Assembly (NCBI GenBank): GCA_963805625.1
Contig: CAWDVE010000010.1
Location: 2,080,001 to 2,144,000 of the forward strand
Origin: an uncultured Candidatus Rokubacteria bacterium
GTDB taxonomy: Bacteria > Methylomirabilota > Methylomirabilia > Rokubacteriales > DASRDR01
Reading direction: 5' to 3'
DNA: 64,000 nucleotides
The notes under the pieces were generated by a model. That model was not told where the DNA came from. It was given only the letters and a program-made list of their open reading frames with translations, and did no database searches. The position numbers and the translations under genes are program-made. Shown here one piece after another: positions 59,329 to 64,000 of this stretch (position 1 is its first letter; each line of letters opens with the position of its first letter).

Positions 59329-59508
59329 ATGCGTCGAATCTTGCTCGCCATCCTCGGGAACGCCGCGGTGGTGGTCCTGCTGCTCGCCGGGACGGAGCTC
59401 TTCCCCCGACCCCCCGCGTGGGTGCTGTGGGTGGGTGTTGCGGACGAGACTGACCCCTTCGTGCGGTGGACCAATGCCGTCGAGACCTTCGGCCAGAGTG
59501 CCTGGTAG
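59329..59508 (+). CDS. Small membrane or exported hypothetical protein, possibly truncated
   Basis: SD ggaggggg. MRRILLAILGNAAVVVLLLAG..AWVLW. Confidence 0.45.
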   Translation: MRRILLAILGNAAVVVLLLAGTELFPRPPAWVLWVGVADETDPFVRWTNAVETFGQSAW

Positions 59509-59542
59509 ACGGCGCTAGTGTAACCACCGAGGAGAGACGGCA

Positions 59543-59785
59543 ATGGCCCATCGGATCACGTTCAAAGAGATTCGAAGCGTTCTCTCTCTGATGGCGCCGC
59601 CTCGCATAAGGACGAGCGGACGACGGCTGCCACGCGGACCGTTCCGGGACGCAGCCGTAGCGTGGTACGCCGCCTATGAGGACTTCACGGACCCGGGCAG
59701 CGGGATGGCGTCCTGGACCCAGCTCGTCGCTGCGACTCACAAGCTTCTCTCGGAACAGCAGAAGAGATATCGGCAGGAGTCGTGA
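59543..59785 (+). CDS. Hypothetical protein (80 aa)
   Basis: SD gaggag and protein-like composition. Confidence 0.5.
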   Translation: MAHRITFKEIRSVLSLMAPPRIRTSGRRLPRGPFRDAAVAWYAAYEDFTDPGSGMASWTQLVAATHKLLSEQQKRYRQES

Positions 59786-59875
59786 ACAGAAGACGCGGTC
59801 TGAGAGAGGGCAGCGATGCAACAGATTCGGTAGTGGACGAGGCGACGCCCATTCCGGGCACCGAGCACATGCGCC

Positions 59876-61405
59876 TCAGATTCTCCGATCAACCGGACCA
59901 AACGGGCCACACGAAAAGCGAACGCGCTGGAGGATCTTCTTGCCGCCGCGCGTCTGGAGGCTGTGAGTCGGAAGGAGTGAACTGTAGGGCGCCGCGGTCT
60001 TCCGTGTCCCCGGGCGCTTGGCGGTCGGCATGGCGATGGCGCCATGCTCCAGCAACGTTCCGACGAAGTGATGGACCTCGTCGATGGTCGTGTGCGCATT
60101 CGGCAGGTGGCCCAAGACGACGGCTCGTGCGGCGCTGGCGCCGACGAGCACAGACTCGACGGCGCGCACGACGACTCCCTTGAGGCGTCGATCGAGCTTC
60201 CCCAGGGAGATGTCGCGTCGATGGACGGCCTTGGCGACGGCTTGGCCGCCGACCTTGTGGGCGGTCACGGTCAGCCGGCCGCGCGAGGCGCCGATGCGCG
60301 TCAGGAGATCGCGACGGGCGGCGGCGGGAAGGCGTGCCGTCCCCGTCGCCGCGTCTACGGCGGGCGCGGGGCCGGCCAGCCCCGACGTCGGGGCCAGCAT
60401 CACCGTGCTGCCGATCGCGATCTGGTGACCGGCGAAGGCGTCGCGAATGGCCGCATGATGAGCGCCGCCGCTCGCAGTTTCGTCGGCAAGCATCATGGCG
60501 CGGCCGACGGCCTGGAAGAAGCGCGGGACCTCGGGCGCGCCCTGGACGCCGGCGATCAGCAGCCGACCCGCCGTCTGCGCCGCCGCGAGGAGCCCCTGCT
60601 CATTCTGGGCCGGCTGGCCCGCGAAGATGTTGCAGAGGGTGTCGTAGAAGCAGCCGGTGAAGATGCGGCTGTAGCTGTGCGGCTCCGACGTGAGGGCCGC
60701 GGGAAGGCCAGCCGGCGGCAGGGTCACCGGGATCTCCCACTGGAGCGTGTTCAAGGCGCGGCGGGGCAGCGACTGGGGGTCATTGGGATTCTCGAGTCGC
60801 ACGCCTTCGGCCACGTCCTCTGCCAGGGTCTCGAGGAAGTTCGCGACTCGCAGTTGCCCGCTGCCTTGGAACAGAGCCTGACGCGGCCCCGCGTCGAAGA
60901 GGCTCACGAGCAGGGCCATGCAATCCGCGAAGGCTTCGTGGAACGCGGCCGGCTCCGGGTACACGCTCGCCCACAGCTCGGGGCGGATCGCGTCGAGGAG
61001 TGCATGCCCGACCTCGTGCGCCACCGCGTCGGTGCTGGCCGCCGGATAGGTGTTCCGGGCGGCAGTCTCCCAGCCGAAGAACGCGACGGCCGTGCGATCG
61101 TAGTGGGCGTTGAGCCCTCGTCCGGCGTCGTGCAGCAGCGGCAGCAGCCGCTGGCCGTTCTGCCAGACTTGGGGGAGCGGCGCGAGTGTCCCCCAGGCCT
61201 CGAGCGTCGCCAAGGCGGCTTCCCGACACTGCCAGAAGCGAAACTCGGCGCTGTCCACTGGATAGACCGCTTCCGGGATCGCGACGGCGGAGTCGGCGTA
61301 CTTGAAGCCCACCTGCGGGCCGTTCGGATCCGGCCGCGGCGGCTGCTCTCGCGGCGGCAGGAGCGCTAGCGCGAGCGGGTCGTTCGGGAGGAAGCGGATC
61401 GGCAT
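59876..61405 (-). CDS. Gluzincin metallopeptidase (M36/M4-like), no signal peptide
   Basis: LNAHYDR, DAVAHEVGHALLD, third ligand FHEAFAD, EPHSYSRIFTG. SD ggagggag. Confidence 0.85.
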   Translation of the reverse strand: MPIRFLPNDPLALALLPPREQPPRPDPNGPQVGFKYADSAVAIPEAVYPVDSAEFRFWQCREAALATLEAWGTLAPLPQVWQNGQRLLPLLHDAGRGLNAHYDRTAVAFFGWETAARNTYPAASTDAVAHEVGHALLDAIRPELWASVYPEPAAFHEAFADCMALLVSLFDAGPRQALFQGSGQLRVANFLETLAEDVAEGVRLENPNDPQSLPRRALNTLQWEIPVTLPPAGLPAALTSEPHSYSRIFTGCFYDTLCNIFAGQPAQNEQGLLAAAQTAGRLLIAGVQGAPEVPRFFQAVGRAMMLADETASGGAHHAAIRDAFAGHQIAIGSTVMLAPTSGLAGPAPAVDAATGTARLPAAARRDLLTRIGASRGRLTVTAHKVGGQAVAKAVHRRDISLGKLDRRLKGVVVRAVESVLVGASAARAVVLGHLPNAHTTIDEVHHFVGTLLEHGAIAMPTAKRPGTRKTAAPYSSLLPTHSLQTRGGKKILQRVRFSCGPFGPVDRRI

Positions 61406-61455
61406 GCGAGTGTCACTCCCTCCCGAACGCCCGTTGGGTCACCGAGCCGACGCGC

Positions 61456-62799
61456 CTAGGGACCGGTGTAGGTGACGGTCAGATCGTAGGCGCCCGCTGT
61501 GTAGCCGTGCACCAGGACAAAGGCGGTCGTCTTCCCCGCCGGGACGTCGAGCGCGCAACTCTCCGATGGCCCGCTGACAAAGGGCCGGCACGCGTAGCCG
61601 TTCGAGCCGCGCGTCGGGGCCTGGCCGAACTGGACGTACAGATCGGGATCGCCCGGCGCGGTGCCGTCGCCGATCATCTTGACCTCGAAGCGCGTTCCGG
61701 GCGAGACGGTGAAGGCCGGGTACGACTTCTCCTCGCCGTTCGCCACCCGCTGGTCGTTGAGTATCTTGACTTGCTGCTGCCCACACCCCGGCGGTGTGGT
61801 GGCCGCGACCTGACAGGCCCCCGGATTCACCACGAGGCTGGGATCCATCACGAACCCGGGCGCCGCCCCGTAGAGGCACGCGGCGCCATTCTTGTCGAAG
61901 TTGGTGAGGGTGAGCGACCAGTCCCCGGCGCCATTGCACTGCGGATAGTGCATGACGGAGAAGCTGTCGTATGACGTGAGGGGCCGCCAGTCGTTGTCCT
62001 CGAAGCAGGTGCCGGACTCCGGACGGGTGTGCTCGTGCCGCCACCCCAGGGTGTGTCCGAGCTCATGGCGAAGGATGCCGACGAGCGACAGCTTGCCGCC
62101 CGGGTCGAGCTGGAATGCGGTCTCGTCGATCAGCACATTGCGATCGGCCCGAGGCTCGTTCGGGAAGAAGGCCCGGGCGAGGTATTCTCCGTTCACGTTG
62201 ACGGGCCTGACGTCGAACACCACGTTCGCGTTGCTCGGGGTGCAGGTGGCGTCCTGAGAGGCGACGTACACGTAGGCGACATCGGCCACCTGCGACCACG
62301 CGCCGGTCGCGGCCTGCATGGCGCTCACGACACTCGCCTGGCGGGTGCCAAAGGTCGTGCTCACGCAGTACATGATCTGCTTCTTCTGGGTGCTGTTCCA
62401 GACCGCGTCTTGTCCACCCGATCGGTGGACGATCAGCCGCCCCGGCTGGGTTTGCGGCGGCTCCCGCTGGATGCTGGTCTCGAAGAACTCTCGGAGCTGC
62501 TTGCGATCCGAGATGGCGATGTCGCCGTTCACGATGTACTTGCCCCCCGGGAACGGCTCCTTGTAGACGGACCGCTCGAACTCTTCGAAGGTCTTGGTCG
62601 CCCACACGGCGCGCTGGGCTCGGTCCTTCCTCAAGACCTCGGCGCGCGCCTCCTCGATCGCCTCGGGCGTCGCCTGCACCACGGTCCCCGTCGTCGGCTG
62701 GATCTTGGAGCCGCCGCCCCTCATGGTCTGGCAGCCGAACACGACCAGGCCGAGGACGCACGCGAGCAATACCCACGTGGATCGAGCGCGGTTACGCAT
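61456..62799 (-). CDS. Metzincin metalloprotease lipoprotein (M57/matrixin-like) with C-terminal PPC domain
   Basis: VFGC lipobox, YIVNGDI, HELGHTLGWRH, Met-turn SVMHY, PPC motif GDPDLYVQFGQAPT..CRP..ESC. Confidence 0.9.
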   Translation of the reverse strand: MRNRARSTWVLLACVLGLVVFGCQTMRGGGSKIQPTTGTVVQATPEAIEEARAEVLRKDRAQRAVWATKTFEEFERSVYKEPFPGGKYIVNGDIAISDRKQLREFFETSIQREPPQTQPGRLIVHRSGGQDAVWNSTQKKQIMYCVSTTFGTRQASVVSAMQAATGAWSQVADVAYVYVASQDATCTPSNANVVFDVRPVNVNGEYLARAFFPNEPRADRNVLIDETAFQLDPGGKLSLVGILRHELGHTLGWRHEHTRPESGTCFEDNDWRPLTSYDSFSVMHYPQCNGAGDWSLTLTNFDKNGAACLYGAAPGFVMDPSLVVNPGACQVAATTPPGCGQQQVKILNDQRVANGEEKSYPAFTVSPGTRFEVKMIGDGTAPGDPDLYVQFGQAPTRGSNGYACRPFVSGPSESCALDVPAGKTTAFVLVHGYTAGAYDLTVTYTGP

Positions 62800-62826
62800 G
62801 ACCGTTCTCCTTTGTGCGACGGGATG

Positions 62827-63225
62827 TCACTGCTTGGAACATGGCTCCTCGACAACGTTGAGCAGATCGACACCTTTCCCGATCTCGCGCGCGCGTTCCA
62901 GCATCTCCCGCGCGCGCGCCGCGTCCGAGAACTCGGCGCACAGGCGTATCTCGCCCTCGAGACCGATGCGGGTTTGCTGGAGCTGCGCGACCTTGCCCTC
63001 TCGCCGGGCATCCTCGAGCATCGTCCACACCGCTTGCCACGCCCGCGAGGTCGCCTCGGGAACGCCTCGGCCTCGCGAGAGCGCATAGACGGCGAAGGCG
63101 GCCGGGCCGGCTCGTTCCCCCCCGTCGGTTCGGACCGGTATGGCGCATCCGGCCGCAGCCGTCCATGCGCTGAGGAGCCATACGAGCCCAACACGCTGAT
63201 ATTCCACGGCTGTCACGTCGTCCAT
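62827..63225 (-). CDS. Small lipoprotein, first gene of the protease operon
   Basis: AAGC lipobox. YALSRGRGVP, RIGLEGEIRLC, EEPC. Confidence 0.7.
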   Translation of the reverse strand: MDDVTAVEYQRVGLVWLLSAWTAAAGCAIPVRTDGGERAGPAAFAVYALSRGRGVPEATSRAWQAVWTMLEDARREGKVAQLQQTRIGLEGEIRLCAEFSDAARAREMLERAREIGKGVDLLNVVEEPCSKQ

Positions 63226-63311
63226 ACGCTCAGATAGGTCCATTTGATGCGCCGCCGCGTCCCAGGCAGTGTCAAGGGTGGCGCCGTCTCCGCTGCTGAA
63301 CCGCTCTGAGA

Positions 63312-63333
63312 AGCGAGATTCGCGCCAACGAGG
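63312..63333 (-). promoter_or_regulatory. Leftward sigma-54 promoter (outer inverted repeat, left arm)
   Basis: Minus strand CCTCGTTGGCGCGAATCTCGCT contains TGGCGCG-N4-TCGCT (GG-N10-GC). Confidence 0.7.
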
Positions 63334-63507
63334 GACGTCGAGCCGTGAGAACGGGATTGTCCCGCCGTGACGGCGCTTAGTCCCCTAACCTGGTTGGGAC
63401 CGCAAGGGCCCACTCTACGACCGGTGCACAGAAAGCAGGGCAGTGCGGTCCGCGGCAACGACACGCTCCAGCCTAGACCGTCAGAGAGTTCGATGAGTTG
63501 GAGGACG

Positions 63508-63549
63508 CTGCACTGTAGACTGTGCACCCTGCACTGTAGACTGTGCACC
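63508..63549. repeat. Tandem 21-bp direct repeat, each unit containing the palindrome TGCAC-N8-GTGCA
   Basis: CTGCACTGTAGACTGTGCACC twice, exact. Confidence 0.95.
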
Positions 63550-63700
63550 CTGCCGAACCCAGCGATTCTCCGATCGTTCGGGTGCATGGAGGCGCCCGTC
63601 GGGGAGCACCCTGCCCTGTTTTCTGTGCACCATCCCGAGAGTGCGTGGTCCAGCATGATGCGGACACAGCAGGCAGACCGGCGCTCTCCGGGTGGCACAG

Positions 63701-63722
63701 CCTCGTTGGCGCGAATCTCGCT
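63701..63722 (+). promoter_or_regulatory. Rightward sigma-54 promoter (outer inverted repeat, right arm)
   Basis: CCTCGTTGGCGCGAATCTCGCT is the exact reverse complement of 63312-63333. Confidence 0.7.
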
Positions 63723-63789
63723 CCCCCACGTGGGTCGTACGACTGGACCACACCTCGAGCGTCTCCCCGGGTCGATCAAGGGTCGCCAC

Positions 63790-63880
63790 GCGAAGGGAAC
63801 GGCGACCAGCACGGCCACGGCACTCACTGTGCGGGCAGGATCTTCGGCCGGGACGTCAAGAACACGAGGATCGGCGCCCC
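63790..63880 (+). pseudogene. S8 (subtilase) serine peptidase fragment
   Basis: GNGDQHGHGTHCAGRIFGRDVKNTRIG is the subtilase catalytic-His motif. The Asp and Ser motifs are not present in the window. Confidence 0.75.
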
Positions 63881-64000
63881 GCCGTCGACGCATTCCCATT
63901 CCGAATGGCACCAACCACGGGGGGCGCGATGATCACCATTCTTCCCACTTCGCAATCCGCAACGGCGGCTCATGTCGTTGGCACGACGCCGGCGCGGACC

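Noticed and set aside
63508-63553. CRISPR array
   Set aside because: Only two adjacent 21-bp units with no spacers, and no cas genes.
63312-63722. MITE bounded by terminal inverted repeats
   Set aside because: No target-site duplication is visible, and the arms match outward-facing sigma-54 promoters. Kept only as an alternative explanation.

Overview
This is a very GC-rich bacterial window (about 70% by eye). Several small protein families suggest Candidatus Rokubacteria/Methylomirabilota, which is an inference. I found no rRNA, tRNA or CRISPR array. From left to right: (1) a partial FAD/BBE oxidoreductase; (2) a secreted-protein/lipoprotein cluster under a sigma-54 promoter, divergent from a sigma-54 activator fused to a STAND ATPase-TPR module; (3) a co-directional cluster at about 8.9-24.7 kb with three paralogous membrane/HEAT-repeat genes, a giant polytopic membrane protein of about 2600 aa, a PspA/IM30 (ESCRT-III-like) protein, a classical AAA+ ATPase and an atypical Hsp70, which is the best candidate for an undescribed system; (4) a block of about 13 kb bracketed by two copies of the gpsA 3' end, holding CsgG-DUF4810-DUF799, an orphan RnfD-like gene with DUF2330, and an M19 peptidase/ABC/LLM catabolic module; (5) gpsA, an acyltransferase, hflX and a groEL 5' remnant; (6) a general-stress island of small membrane proteins whose three promoters share one motif; (7) a frameshifted class A PBP, a PAS-GAF-GGDEF cyclase and an EEP nuclease-family gene; (8) a metalloprotease operon driven from a mirror-symmetric bidirectional sigma-54 promoter region. 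Many single-base frameshifts, including one in gpsA, point to uncorrected long-read indels. Family names come from motif recognition by eye, not from database searches.
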